Shown in pieces: positions 1-12,802 of a stretch of 64,000 bases of DNA (the first letter of the stretch is position 1; each line of letters starts with the position of its first letter). Under the pieces are notes generated by a model. It worked only from the letters and a program-made list of their open reading frames with translations. It had not been told where the DNA came from and ran no database searches. Origin of the DNA: Felis catus (lineage: Eukaryota); the NCBI RefSeq assembly GCF_018350175.1, contig NC_058383.1, positions 18,416,001 to 18,480,000 of the forward strand, in the 5' to 3' direction. A program made the translations under genes and the position numbers.

Positions 1-204
1 CCCTATTCTTACTAAGTTGTAGGAGGTTTCCTTAAATAAATGGGTCTTCATTGGCTCTATGTCATTAGGACAATTTCCAGAGATTTTATTTTAATTTAAT
101 TTAATTTAATTTAATTTTAATTTTAACCAGCTTTGTTTGTTTTGGGGGGTATTGGGTATACAGAGCTCCTCACATCATCTCAAAACTTTGATCTCCCCCA
201 GGTT

Positions 205-429
205 TTATTTCTTTTTCTATGTTAATTTTTTTTTGAGAGAGAGAGACAGTGTGAGCAAGGGAGGGGCAGAGAGAGAGAGAGAAAGAGAGAGAGAGTCACA
301 GATCCAAAGCAGGTTCCAGACTCTGAGCTGTCAGCACAGAGCCCGATGAGGGATTCAAACCCACAAACCTTGAGATCATGACCTGAGCCAAAGTTGGACG
401 CTTAACCGACTGAGCCACCCAGGCGCCCC
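205..429 (-). mobile_element. Can-SINE (SINEC_Fc-like)
   Basis: tRNA-derived head in reverse (gagccacccaggcgcccc), (GA)n and a T tail. Confidence 0.9.
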
Positions 430-1135
430 TCCCCCAGGTTTTCTTTTTAAGCTTTTTGGTTAGTCTATTGTTTGTCCTAACAGTTGTCCACTAACTTAGG
501 CACCTGCAAAGTAAAACACTTGTCTGTAAATGCTTTCAGCAAATTACCCCTAGGGAGACGTTTTTTCATTCTGAGCAAGCTCCAACTCCAAATATAGCTG
601 GCCTCGTTAAGTGTAATCTTCCAAGGAACCACAAGACAGTGCCAATAATAACGTTTCTTTGGGAGTAAGACCCAGAAAGAGGTCTGGCTCTGTACTGTTT
701 TCTTCATTGACTGCCAGGTTGCATTGGGGATGTGGCCTGTTTTTCAAGGTTGTAACAGAGCTGGAGAGTGGGGGATAGGACTAGGGCAAGTTAAAACGTC
801 ACAAAGTTCACCGTCCTTACTAAGATTCAGCCATTTTTCTTTAATGAGCATTCCTCAAGTGGCTGTAGGCCTTTGGTTACTTTCCAGAGTTCTGAAGAAA
901 TTGATTCTGGCAATTTTTGTGGGCTTTTTCATTGCTTTTATGTAGGTAGGAGTGACTTTGCATAGGTCCTTTCTTTGCTATTTTTGATGACACCACCAAG
1001 ATGAACATTTAATTAATGTTAATGTTCAAACTACTATAGATTCACTAAATTCTTGTGCTTGTGCTCAGGTTTCTTTATCTGATCTGCAACGATGTCCTGA
1101 AAGATTGTGTTTATTCCTTGAAATCAAGGCAGAAA

Positions 1136-4100
1136 ATTAAAGGATACAAAAATGCTAATTCGAAGGAGCACAGGCATCCCAATGTTTATAGCAACCCTAT
1201 CAACAATAACCAAATTATGGAAAGAGCCCAAATGTCCATCAACTGATGAATGGATAAAGAAGATGTGGTATATAGATAAACACACACACACACACACACA
1301 CACATACACACACACTGGAATACTACTCAGTGATGAAAAAGAATGAAACCTTGCCATTTGCAACATGGATAGAACTGGAAGGTATTATGCTGAATGAAAT
1401 AAGTCAGCCAGAGAATAACAAATACCATGATTTCACTCATACGTAGAAGTTAAGAAACACAACAGGTGAACTCAGGGGAAGGGAAGGAAAAATAAGATAA
1501 AAACAGAGAGGGAGGCAAACCATAAGAGACCCTTTTTTTCCCTTTTTAAATTTTTTTAATTTACATGCAAATTAGTTAGCTATAATGCAACAATGTTTCC
1601 AGGAGTAGATTCCTTAATGCCCCTTACTCGTTTAGCCCATCCCGCCTCCCACAACCCCTCCAGGAACCCTCTCTTTGTTCTCCATATTTAAGAGTCTCTT
1701 CTGTTTTGTCCTTCTCCCTGTTTTTATATTATTTTTGCTTTCCTTCCCTTATGTTCATCTGTTCTGTGTCTTAAAGTCCTCATATGAGTGAAGTCATATG
1801 ACATTTGTCTTTCTCTGACTAATTTCGCTTAGCATAATGCACTCTAGTTCCATCCATGTAGTTGCAAATGGCAAGATTTCATTCTTTTTGATTGCCAAGT
1901 AATACTCCATTTTATATACATACCACATCCTCTTTATCCATTCATCCATCAATGGACATTTGGGCTCTTTCCATACTTTGGCTGTTGATAGTGCTGCTAT
2001 GAACATGGGGTGCATGTGTCCCTTTGAAACAGCATCCCTGTATCCCTTGGATAAATACATACTAGTGCAATTGCTGGGTGATAGGGTAGTTCTATTTTTA
2101 ATTTTTTGAGGAACCTCCATACTGTTTTCCAGAGTGGCTGCACCAGTTTGCATTCCCACCAACAATGCAAAAGAGATCCTCGTTCTCTGCATCCACACCA
2201 ACATCTATTGTTGCCTGAGTTGTTAATGTTAGCCATTCTGACAGGTGTGAAGTGGTATCTCATTGTGGTTTTGATTTGTATTTCCCTGATGATGAGCGAT
2301 GTTGAGCATTTTTTCACGTGTCAGTTGGCCATCTGGAAGTCCTCTTTGGAGAAGTGCCTATTCTTGTCTTTTGCCCATTTCTTCACTAGATTATTTGGTT
2401 TTTGGGTGTTGAGTTTGATAAGTTCTTTATAGATTTCGGATACTAACCCTTTAACTGATATGTCATTTGCAAATATCTTCTCCCATTCTGTCGGTTGCCT
2501 TTTAGTTTTGCTGATTGTTTCCTTGGCTGTGCAGAAGCTTTTTATTTTGATGAGGTCCCAGTAATTCATTTTTGCTTTTGTTTCCTTTGCCTCCAGAGAC
2601 ATGGTGAGTAAGAAGTTGCTGCGGCCAAGATCAAAGAGGTTTTTGCCTGCTTTCTCCTCTAGGATTTTGATGGCTTCCTGTCTTACATTTAGATCTGTCA
2701 TCCATTTTGAGTTTATTTTTGTGTCTGGTCCAGGTTCATTCTTCTGCATGTCGCTGTCCAGTTTCCCCAGCACCATTTGCTGAAGAGACTTTTTTCCATT
2801 GGATATTCTTTCCTGCTTTGTCAAAGATGAGTTGGCCATCTGTTTGTGGGTCCATTTCTGGGTTCTCTATTCTGTTCCATTGATCTGAGTGTCTGTTTTT
2901 ATGCCAGTACCATACTGTCTTGATGATTACAGCTTTGTAGTATAGCTTAAAGTCCAGGATTGTGATGCCTCCAGCTTTGGTTTTCTTTTCAAGATTGCTT
3001 TGGCTATTCGGGGTCTTTTCTGGTTCCATACAAATTTTAGGATTATTTGTTCTAGCTCTGTGAAGAATGCTGGTGTTATTTTGATAGGGATTGCATTGAA
3101 TATGTAGATTGCCTTGGGTAGTATTGACATTTTAACAATATTTGTCCTTCCTATCCAAGGGCATGGAATTTTTTTCCATTTTTTGGTGTCTTCTTCAATG
3201 TCTTTCACAAGCTTTCTATAGTTTTCAGTGTATAGATTTTTCACCTCTTTGGTTAGATTTATTCCTAGGTATTTTATGGGTTTTGGTGCAATTGTAAATG
3301 GGATCGATTCCTTGATTTCTCTTTCTGTTGCTTCATTGTTGGTGTATAGGAATGCAACCGATTTCTGTGCATTGGTTTTATATCCTGCAACTTTGCTGAA
3401 TTTAAGGATCAGGTCTAGCAGTTTTTTGCTAGAATGTTTTGTGCTTTCCATACAGAGTATCATGTCAAATGCGAAGAGTGAAAGTTTGACCTCCTCCTGG
3501 CTGATTTGGATGCCTTTTCTTTGTGTTGTCTTCTTTCTGAAGCTAAGACTTCCAATACTATGTTGAATAACCGTGGCGAGAGTGGACATCCCTGTCTTGT
3601 TCCTGACCTTAGGGGGAAAGCTCTCAGTTTTTCCCCACCGAGGATGATATTAGCGATGGGTCTTTCATGTATGGCTTTTATGATCTTGAGGTATGATCCT
3701 TCTATCACTACTTTCTTGAGGGTTTTTATCAAGAAAGGATGCTGTATTTTGTCAAATGCTTTCTCTGCATCTATTGAGAGGATCATATGGCTCTAGTCCT
3801 TTCTTTTATTGATGTGATGAATCACATTGATTGTTTTGCGGATATTGAACCAGCCCTGAATCCCAGGTATAAATCCCACTTGGTTGTGGTGAATAATTTT
3901 TTATAATGTATAGTTGGATGTGGTTGGCTAATATCCTGTTGAGGATTTTTGCACCCATGTTCATCAGGGAAATTGGTCTTTAGTTCTCCTTTGTGGTGGG
4001 GTCTCTGTCTGGTTTTGGAATCAAGGTAATGTTGGCTTCATGGAAAGAGTTTGGAAGTTTTCCTTCCATTTCTGTTTGTTGGAACAGTTTCAAGAGAATA

Positions 4101-4445
4101 GGTGTTAACTCTTCTTTGAATGTTTGGTGGAATTCCCCTGGAAATCCATCTGGCCCTGGACTCTTGTTTTTTGGAGAGATTTTTGATTACCAATTCAATT
4201 TCTTTACTGGTTGTGGAAAACCACAAGAGACTCTTAAGTATGAAGAACAAAGTGAGGGTTGCTGGAGGGGAGGGAGGTGGGGGGAGGGGTTACATGGGTG
4301 ATGGGCATTAAGGAGGGCACTTGTTGGGATGACCACTGGGTATCATATATAAGAGACGAATCACTGGGTCTTACTCCTGAAGACGAGACTGTGTTGTATA
4401 TTAACTAACTTGAATTTAAATAAAAGTTAATTAAAGAAAAAAAAG
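1136..4445 (+). mobile_element. Carnivore L1 3' fragment (host), split into 1136-1530 and about 4218-4445 by a nested L1
   Basis: ORF2 C-terminus (PMFIATLSTITKLWKEPKCPSTDEWIKKMW). The 3'UTR resumes after the insert and ends in an A-rich tail. Confidence 0.85.
1531..4216 (-). mobile_element. 5'-truncated L1 (ORF2 RT to 3'UTR), frameshifted
   Basis: Minus-strand ORF fragments [27 protein letters not shown] and [11 protein letters not shown] (FADD mutated). Poly-T at about 1533; imperfect TSD aaacca(t/c)aagagac. Confidence 0.95.
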
Positions 4446-4519
4446 GCAAGTGAAGTCTTAAAGGTTCCCCTGTCTCACAATGTTGTAACCTTATTGTAAC
4501 ACCGAAAAAGGGAAGTGAG

Positions 4520-5130
4520 TACTCCTCATTGCTCCTGCCACTTGGTGTTCACAAATTATCGGAAAGAATATAGCATCCAGAACCTTGTCAGGGTGATTAA
4601 TACCAACATAATCAGTGAACCATCTTATCAATTACTTTTGAAAATGTCTTGAAAGTCAGAATATTTGCCCGTCCCCAGTCCTCTTCCTATTTTCCAAAAG
4701 GTCTCAGAGTTTGTCTGCAATGTTTCCAAAACCGTATCTTTCTTTCCTCATTGTGGGGGATGTACTGCATCCAAATCTGAGTCTTGAACATTTCAATTGA
4801 GTTAATGTTCTCTTATCATTCTTCACTTCTTTGGGGCTTCATTTTCCTCCTCACTACAACTTTGGACAATGTTAATATTGAGCATCATTCTCCTTATAAA
4901 GACAAGCCAAATGAAAGTTGAAAAGTTCTGCTTTCTCTTGGTCATCTGTTAATATTACACCATCTACCCTAAGCCTTGGGCCCATTTCTTCCTTCTTCTT
5001 GCTCCAAATATAGCTATAAAAACCCTTTTTTTGTTGTCTATAGCATGTTTCACAACCTCAGCTGATTCTGCGTTATGGCCATCGGGACACTAGTCTTACA
5101 GGTTTATACCAGCCTTCTGTGTTTATTCAC
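4520..5130 (-). mobile_element. Ancient CR1/L3 LINE ORF2 relic
   Basis: The minus strand reads DNKKGF...TDDQEKAELFNF, typical of the CR1 ORF2 linker. Confidence 0.7.
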
Positions 5131-5544
5131 ACGGTTCATTCCCCCCCCCCCCCCCCCCCCGTGTTATACTGTATCTCACACAGTTTTGGCTACATAGATA
5201 TTCCCAGTTGGCATCACTGTAACTATGTAAATGCTATCCACAGCTGAACCATGTAGAAGAAGGTGGTTCTTCTGTCCTTTCTCATAGAGTCTCCTATACA
5301 GCCACCCTTGTCCCTTTAAATGCTCCCTCACTGCTTCCTCATCAAGATCTAAAAGGGATGAAGGGGTGACTATTTTTCTTTGGGGGAGATGAATATTCTT
5401 AAAATGATCATTAAAACCACACATATTAATTTAGTATTGGAATATAAAGAAAAAGATTTAGTACATGTAGTAATTGTTCATTAATATAGCCATCGACGCC
5501 TCATTCATGCACTTATGCATAAACTAGCCATGCAACTTTTTCCC

Positions 5545-6140
5545 TTGGCTTTTGTTTCTTTATTACGGCATAACAAATCATCACAGGATTTAGTGGCATA
5601 AAAATGACTTTTTTTTTTAAATACTCACTGATTCTGTGGGTCAGGAATTTGGAAAAGGCATTTATCAGGAAAAGTTTGACTCTGTTCCGCCATGTCCAGC
5701 CTCAGCTCGTTGACCTGAACAGCAGGGGGCGACTCTAACAGCCAGGGTTTGGAGAGTGACGGCTGGAGGACCCCCTTTCAAGATGGCTTCTTGACTTGTC
5801 TGCCACCTGGACAGGGACTGTCAACTGTAGTGCCAATGGCTGTCCTTACTAGCCTGGTTATGGCAGGGGAGCTGGACTTCTTCCCCGGGAGTTCCGGACT
5901 CCAGGAACGAGCATTCCAGTGAGCAAGGTGAAAACTGCATGGCCTTTAAAGTCTCCTTGGAAGTCTCATAGCATTTCTTCCACCACACTCTATTGCAGCA
6001 GTCACGGTCTGCCCAGAGGAAGGGGAAGGACCTTGGCCACACCTATGTCAGGAGTGTCAAAGGATTTATGGCTCAGAAGAACTGCTCAGCCAACCCACAG
6101 AATTGTAAGCCAAATAAAACAGTATTGCTTTAAGCCATTA
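5545..6140. mobile_element. MaLR LTR (MLT1-type) fragments
   Basis: MLT1-like motifs such as gattctgtgggtcaggaattt and tgctttaagcca, in two orientations. Confidence 0.6.
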
Positions 6141-6256
6141 AAAAAAAAATTATAGCCCAGTTTTAAACATGCTTCAACTTTACAAATAATTATTTATAAA
6201 GGTCAGGTATATGTCCCTGGCTGGATGGTGGCCAAACCAGTGACCAGAAATATTTA

Positions 6257-6501
6257 TTTTATTTTATTTTATTTTATTATTTTTTAAAGAATTTTTTTAT
6301 ATTTATTTATTTTGAGAGAGAGAAAAAGAGAGAGCACACAAACGGGGGAGGGGCAGAGAGAAGGAGGGACAAAATCCCAAGCAGGGTCTACACCATCAGA
6401 GCAGAGCCTGAAATGAGGTTTGAACTCATAAACTGTGAGATCATGACCTGGGCCGAGATCCAGAGTTGGACTCTTAACCGACTGCACCACCCAGGTGCCC
6501 C
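6257..6501 (-). mobile_element. Can-SINE
   Basis: TSD agaaatattta. Confidence 0.9.
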
Positions 6502-7547
6502 AGAAATATTTACTTTAAACATTTATCCTTTTGATCAATGAAGCCATCTTTGCATAAAAAAAATAAATGTATGCTTCTTGTAAAAACTCAGACGTGTGGA
6601 AAGTGAGAAAATTCTCCATCTCAATTTGGTTTCTTTCTTTCTTTCTTTTTTTTCCAAAGTTACATATGCACCTGTTTAGGAATGCTGTGTGGCTTATTAT
6701 AAAAACCAGGGTCCTCTCTCCCTCGTTTTCTGTTCCCCAGAAGCACCACATTCAACCCCTTTAGCGGATTCCTTTGTATTCTGTATATATCTAAGTAGTG
6801 TGCTCATTTGCTGCTTCTTGATTTTTTTGGTTTTGGGCATTATCGGTGATCGTTTTGAAAGTTGAGACTTTAACTCTTTCATCTTTTCTAAACTTCCTGT
6901 CTTCAGCATCCCCCCCACCCCCCATGTTACTCTATCGCACACGGTTTTGGCTACATAGATATTCCCAGTTTGCAACACTGTAACTATGTAAATGCTATCC
7001 ACAGCGCTGAACCATGTAGTTACTTTTCTTTTCCTGAACTTCTTGTCTGCCCCCCCCCAACTTTCCCTGCCACTAAGTTAATAATTACATCCTGTTCTTA
7101 TCATTTGTTTGCATTGTACCAACAACACTAATTCAATCTTAAATTCTGCTTTCAGGTGTAAATATCTCATGACGTTCAAGCACATTAGATTTTCTATTGG
7201 TTTTATTTTCTAAAAAAACACCTCTACGCAGCCTTCTGACCTGCTTCCAGCTGGGGTGGTTATTCTCCAGGCTTGCTGCATAGCCGGGTCCTTGAGAACT
7301 CTAATCACCACCTGCTGGGACTTCATTCATGGTTTTCTTGAGTTGGATCCCTGCTTTTCTGGATTCCATATCTTCCCCTTTCTTGCCTCATCCCTTGTTT
7401 TGGTGACTACATTCTCTAATACTTTAATAAGTAAGAGTGCATTTTGGAGACTTGGTTGTCTAAAAATGTCTTTATTTTCTTTCATACTTAATAGCTTGGG
7501 TAGAGAATTCAAGATTGGAAATCATTTGTCCTTAGCATTAAAAACAA

Positions 7548-7755
7548 TTTTTTTTAGTGCTTATTTATTTTTGAGAAAGAGAGAGAGCGAGAGCATGCAC
7601 ATGAGTTGGGGAGGAGCAGAGAGACACAGAATCCAAAGCAGGCTCCAGGCTCTAAGCAGTCAGCACAGAGACTGACGGGCTTGAACCCACAAACTGCGAG
7701 ATCATGACCTGAGCCAAAACTGGATGCTTAACTGACTGAGCCACCCAGGCACCCC
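7548..7755 (-). mobile_element. Can-SINE
   Basis: Head and (GA)n in reverse. Confidence 0.9.
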
Positions 7756-7832
7756 TGTCCAGCTATGTCTTCTGTTGTCAGCTTTGAGAAATCCAGTTTC
7801 ATTCTGGTTCATGACTTTTAGAAAATGGTTTT

Positions 7833-8058
7833 GGGGCACCTGGGTGGCGCAGTCGGTTAAGCGTCCGACTTCAGCCAGGTCACGATCTCGCGGTCCGTGA
7901 GTTCGAGCCCCACGTCAGGCTCTGGGCTGATGGCTCAGAGCCTGGAGCCTGTTTCTGATTCTGTGTCTCCCTCTCTCTCTGCCCCTCCCCCATTCATGCT
8001 CTGTCTCTCTTTGTCCCAAAGGTAAATAAATGTTGAAAAAAAAAAAGAAAAAAAAAAA
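7833..8058 (+). mobile_element. Young feline SINE
   Basis: Perfect TSD agaaaatggtttt and a long A tail. Confidence 0.95.
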
Positions 8059-8387
8059 AGAAAATGGTTTTGTCTCTCTGGAAGCATGTGGGGGTCTTCT
8101 CTAGCCCCAGTGTTCAAAATTTCCTGGTCTCAGGGCACCTGGCTGGCTCAATCGGTAAGCATGCAACTCTTAATCTCGGGGACTTGAGTTTGAGACCCAC
8201 AATGGGTGTAAAGATTACTCAACAAACAAACGAACAACAAACAAACATACAAATTTCTTGGTCTGGATCTGTTTCCCTTCACTGTGTTGGGTCCCACCAG
8301 CCTGGAAATTCATTTCCTACATATTTTTTCTTTTCTTTTCTTTTTTTTTTTTATAGTAGAAATGTGTACTAAGAAAGCCTATCACTT

Positions 8388-8602
8388 AGGGGCACCTGGG
8401 TGGCTCAGTCGGTTAAGTGTTCGATTTCAGCTCAGGTCATGACCTCAAGGTCTGTGGGTTCCAGCCCCGCATCGGGCTCTGTGCTGACTGCACAGAGCCT
8501 GGAGCCTGCTTTGGATTCTGTGTCTCCCTCTCTCTCTACCTCTCCCCTGCTCGTGCTCTGTCTCTCGCTCTCCTAAAAATAAACATTAAAAGAAAGAAAG
8601 AA
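8388..8602 (+). mobile_element. Can-SINE
   Basis: TSD aagaaagcctatcac. Confidence 0.9.
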
Positions 8603-8819
8603 AGAAAGCCTATCACCTAGATCAAGTCATGAAAGATTGCCAGCATCCCCAGAAGCCCAGTCTCAAAACCCAGATGGGTCCCTCCCCTGGGGGTCTAGTG
8701 ACCATCATGACTGTTTTGATGACCATCTTCTTGCTTCTCTTGGTAGGTTTTCCTCCCATGGATAGATCTCTAAGCAATCAGTTTAGTTCCACCTGCTTGG
8801 GACTTTATAAGAATAAACT

Positions 8820-9175
8820 ACACGTAACATAAAATTGACCACCTCAGCCATCTCCAAGTGTAGAGTTCAGTGGTGTTACGTACATTCACATTGTTGGGCA
8901 GCCCATCTCCAGAACTCCTTTCCTCTTCCCCAACCAAAACTGTACCCATTAAACAACTCTCCCTTCCCTTGTCCCCCACCCCCCCCCCGCCCCCAGCTCC
9001 TAGCAGCCACCATTCAACTCCCTGTCTCTGAATTTGACTGCTCATATAAGTGAGTCACATAGTGTTTGCCTTTTTGTGACTGGCTTATTTCCCTTAGCAT
9101 AAGGTCCTCGAGGCTCATCATTGTTGTAGGATGTGTCGGAATTTCTTTCCTTCATAAGGCAGAATAATTCATTAT
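8820..9175 (-). mobile_element. Old L1 3' end fragment
   Basis: Typical L1MA/MB 3'UTR in reverse (attcacattgttgggcagcccatc..., ttttgtgactggcttattt). Confidence 0.7.
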
Positions 9176-9687
9176 GTGTGTGTGTGTGTGTGTGTGTGTA
9201 TCATATTTTGTTTACCCACTCAAGCAGTTGGTCTCTGTTCTTTGTGTACTGGATGCTTTTCTCAAATGTCTGGTGAATCCTGGGGGTCTGTTCATTCTTA
9301 ATCATGGGACAGTTACAAGGCCAGTTGAAAGCTCTACACACGTGGGCAGGCTTCTCCCGTGGCCTTCATTGCAGGGACCCAGCCGGCCAGATCCTCTCCC
9401 GAAAGCTCTTCCAACTTCCTCCTGCCTGAAGGTGTGTCCTTTGTGGCTTCTGCAAAGAAAATCCGTTGACTTATTTTTTCCACTGCCAGCTCCAGATTCT
9501 GCTTTCTGGGTTCTAGTAAACCAATTACCACACGTCCATCTATTAACTGGCTTTGAAAATCGTGTCCCTACAGCCTTCCCTCCCAATCCCATGGTGGCTG
9601 TAGATTTCTGGCATTGAAAACATCTTCTTACTGCCATGTTTACTATCGGGCCAGAGCAGAGGTAAATACCTGTGTTGAACACACCAC

Positions 9688-9916
9688 TTTTCTTTTTTTT
9701 TTTAATTTTTTTCAACGTTTATTTATTTTTGAGACAGAGAGAGACAGAGCATGAACAGGGGAGGGGCAGAGAGAGAGGGAGACACAGAATCAGAAGCAGG
9801 CTCCAGGCTCTGAGCCATCAGCCCAGAGCCCGACGCGGGGCTCGAACTCACGGACCGTGAGATCATGACCCGAGCCGAAGTCGGACGCCTAACCGACCGA
9901 GCCACCCAGGCGCCCC
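9688..9916 (-). mobile_element. Young feline SINE
   Basis: TSD gaacacacca; CpGs largely intact. Confidence 0.95.
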
Positions 9917-10169
9917 GAACACACCATTTTTAATCTGAAGTGTTCCAGTTTTTAACAGGAAATCTTTTCTTGAAGTGTAAGATAGACATCCGGTTTGTTT
10001 GCGGGAAGTTGTCTGATTCTTAAGAAATTATTTAGGAGTTCAGAAGAGAAATAGCTTCATGGAAAAACCGGGATTTCGGGGATGCGGGTGGGGTTTGAAT
10101 AGGTGGGAGGAAGTGATGAGAAAACCAAACGCAGAAGACAGCGCATTTGCCTGAAGTGAAGGGGTCAAG

Positions 10170-11660
10170 AATTAGAGCTGTGTGTTGAAGAATCGACAGA
10201 GCAAATTATGAAGAAATCCCGAAGGCTTGGATAACAAGATTGGATTTTCTGCCAGGAGAGAGTATTCTGTCATGTTACTCAGCTTCAGGGTGTTGCAGGA
10301 AGACATTCGCACATTTGAATGTTGATGAGGGCATTTACAAAAATAGGCAAAATGTGACCATTTGTACTGTTTCCCGATAAGCTCCCCGGTTGGTGTTACT
10401 GATGTCACATGATTGCACCCGGTATAGTGTGGGTGAAAAAGTAGAGGTTCAGGATGTCAGGATCGTACCTGACGTTGGAGCATTGGAAGTGGGTTTGAAG
10501 GAAGAGGAAAAGGTTACCAAGGGCTCCGCGGTGCTGGAGACGCCAAGTGTGAAACTCCTTTGCCAAGACGTGCGGTCACCTTTAGGTTCCACGATGGATT
10601 CGAGGTGGAACTTATCTGGCGCTCGTTTATTGAAAAGAGGAGATGGGACCAAGTGTAGAAAACAAAAGGATCTATCATCCTCAACAACCAACGGAGGCTG
10701 ATGGTGAACCTTTTGAACATTTGCCTGTAAATGTGCATGCTGTCATATTATAACACAATTTTATTTTATTTTATCTATTTTTTTTTCAACGTTTTTTTTT
10801 TTATTATTTATTTTTGGGACAGAGAGAGACAGAGCATGAACGGGGGAGGGGCAGAGAGAGAGGGAGACACAGAATCGGAAACAGGCTCCAGGCTCTGAGC
10901 CATCATCAGCCCAGAGCCCGACGCGGGGCTCGAACTCCCGGACCGCGAGATCGTGACCTGAGCTGAAGTCGGACGCTCAACCGACTGCGCCACCCAGGGG
11001 CCCCAACACAATTTTAATTTCAAGTCAAAGCACAAGGTTTTCTTCCCTTGCTCAGCGGACAGATCTTTACAGGAAAAAGCAAGCTGTACCCGAGAAAATG
11101 CATGTGCCAACTCTGCTTGAACCAACAGATGGAATTAATGGTTGCGTGGGTCCTTTTAGCATTACTCAGCGTCAGCATTGTCCCTTAATCTTTCGTGTGT
11201 TTCCTGGGCTCGGGCTTGGTTTCGAGGTGTTTTACAAACGTTGTGAACCCTGCCATCCCTCATCAGTGTCACAAGGACGAAGTAGAAAGTGTGCAGGTAG
11301 CAACAAATAATTGTAAGTCGTCAGAAAATGGTGAGGGGTCATGTGTACGTGAGATGAATTTCTCCCCAATAGAAGTCCATCCCGAAAAACAAAGACCCCA
11401 TTATGCAACCCGCAGAAATGTGTCATTGACGTTAATCGTCAAGAAAAGAGGAAAGGTGATGGCCGAACGCCACCGAGGCCTATTAGCTTGATATTAGTTC
11501 AGGAGGCTTACAGGCTCCCAAGGTCCTTCTGACACGGACAGCATCCAAATCCAAATCCAGGTGGCAAGAGTGGATGTGTGTAGCTGCGAGGAGGTCACTC
11601 TGACACTGAGATAAAGGGGGAGGAGGTTTTCTTCTGCCGCGGATGTCAACAGCAGTGTTC
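10170..11660 (+). mobile_element. Putative very old non-LTR retrotransposon ORF2 relic (RTE/L4/CR1-like), interrupted by a SINE
   Basis: Degenerate RT-entry motifs: DEV...NNCKSSENGE, then NVSLTLIVKKRGK, then after a frameshift RPISLIL. Confidence 0.4.
10765..11004 (-). mobile_element. Young feline SINE
   Basis: TSD aacacaatttta. Confidence 0.95.
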
Positions 11661-11679
11661 TAGAAAATATCTGCAAGGA

Positions 11680-11880
11680 GGGGACAGCTGGGTGGCTCAG
11701 GTGGTTAAACGTCTGGCTCTTGATTTCTACTGAGGTCATGATCTCACTGTTCATGGGATCGAGTCCTGTGTTGGGCTTCTTGCTGACAGTGTGCAGAGCC
11801 TGCTTGGGATTCTCTCTCTGCCCCTCCCCCACGAGTGCACGCTTTCTCTTTCTCAAAATAAATAAACATAAAAAAAAAAT
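11680..11880 (+). mobile_element. Can-SINE
   Basis: Head, (CT)n and A tail. Confidence 0.85.
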
Positions 11881-12055
11881 CTGGAAGGAGGGTAAGAGGA
11901 GCTTGTTTTAGAGTTTGAGGACTAACACATAGTTCTGTTTCATGAAAATGTATCTAGGCAACACAAGCCCAACCCCCGTTTACCTCCTTACGAATAAAGG
12001 GACATGTGAATAGCACTTCAGGATCTAGCCTATTTCTAGTTTAATGAGCTTCTTT

Positions 12056-12270
12056 AAAAAAAAATTTTTTTTTTAATGTTTATTTTTGAGAGAGAGACAG
12101 AGAGTGAGCAGGGGAGGAACAGAGAGAGAGGGAGACACAGAATCCGAAGCAGCCTTCAGGCACAGAGCTGTCAGCACAGAGCCGGATGTGGGGCTTGAAC
12201 TCATGAACTGTGAGATCATGACCTGAGCGCAAGTCGGATGCTTAACTGACTGAACCCCCCAGATGCCCCT
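12056..12270 (-). mobile_element. Can-SINE
   Basis: TSD taatgagcttctt. Confidence 0.9.
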
Positions 12271-12802
12271 CTAGACTAATGAGCTTCTTAGTTGCCAAAA
12301 CTTCTTCTTCCAAATGGGACATGTAAATAATATTTATTGAGACTCCATTGTGTACAGGGCACCTGGGGAAGCAAAGGTAAGACTTGATCCTGTCCCAAAG
12401 GAAGTTACACCCTAAGTGGGGAATACATGCATGTGAATGGTTCATTGTAATACTTTATAAGTGTAGTTATACACTATATTATTATTATTATTATTAATTA
12501 TACTGTATTATCATGCTGGAAATATCCAGAGGGTGCCATGGAACACAGACAGGAGAGTCTTCCTGGAACCGGTGATGCTTGAGTGTAGACCCACAGAGTG
12601 AGAAAGGCATACCAGGGAGAAGGGAGGTGAGAGGTAGCAGAGGGCTTTCAGGTGGATATATAACCTCCGGCTGAGTGACTCAGGGGTTAGGTCGCGGAGG
12701 GCCATCGTGCTCCATTAAGGAGTTTAGACTCTATTTGGTTTTAGGCAGTAAAGGTCATTAAGGTTTGAAATGGGGTCCGCCTTCAGCTTTATTGTTTAGG
12801 TA

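Noticed and set aside
1794..4250. Multiple L1 ORF2-like ORFs as an active element
   Set aside because: 5'-truncated and frameshifted, with the catalytic FADD mutated.
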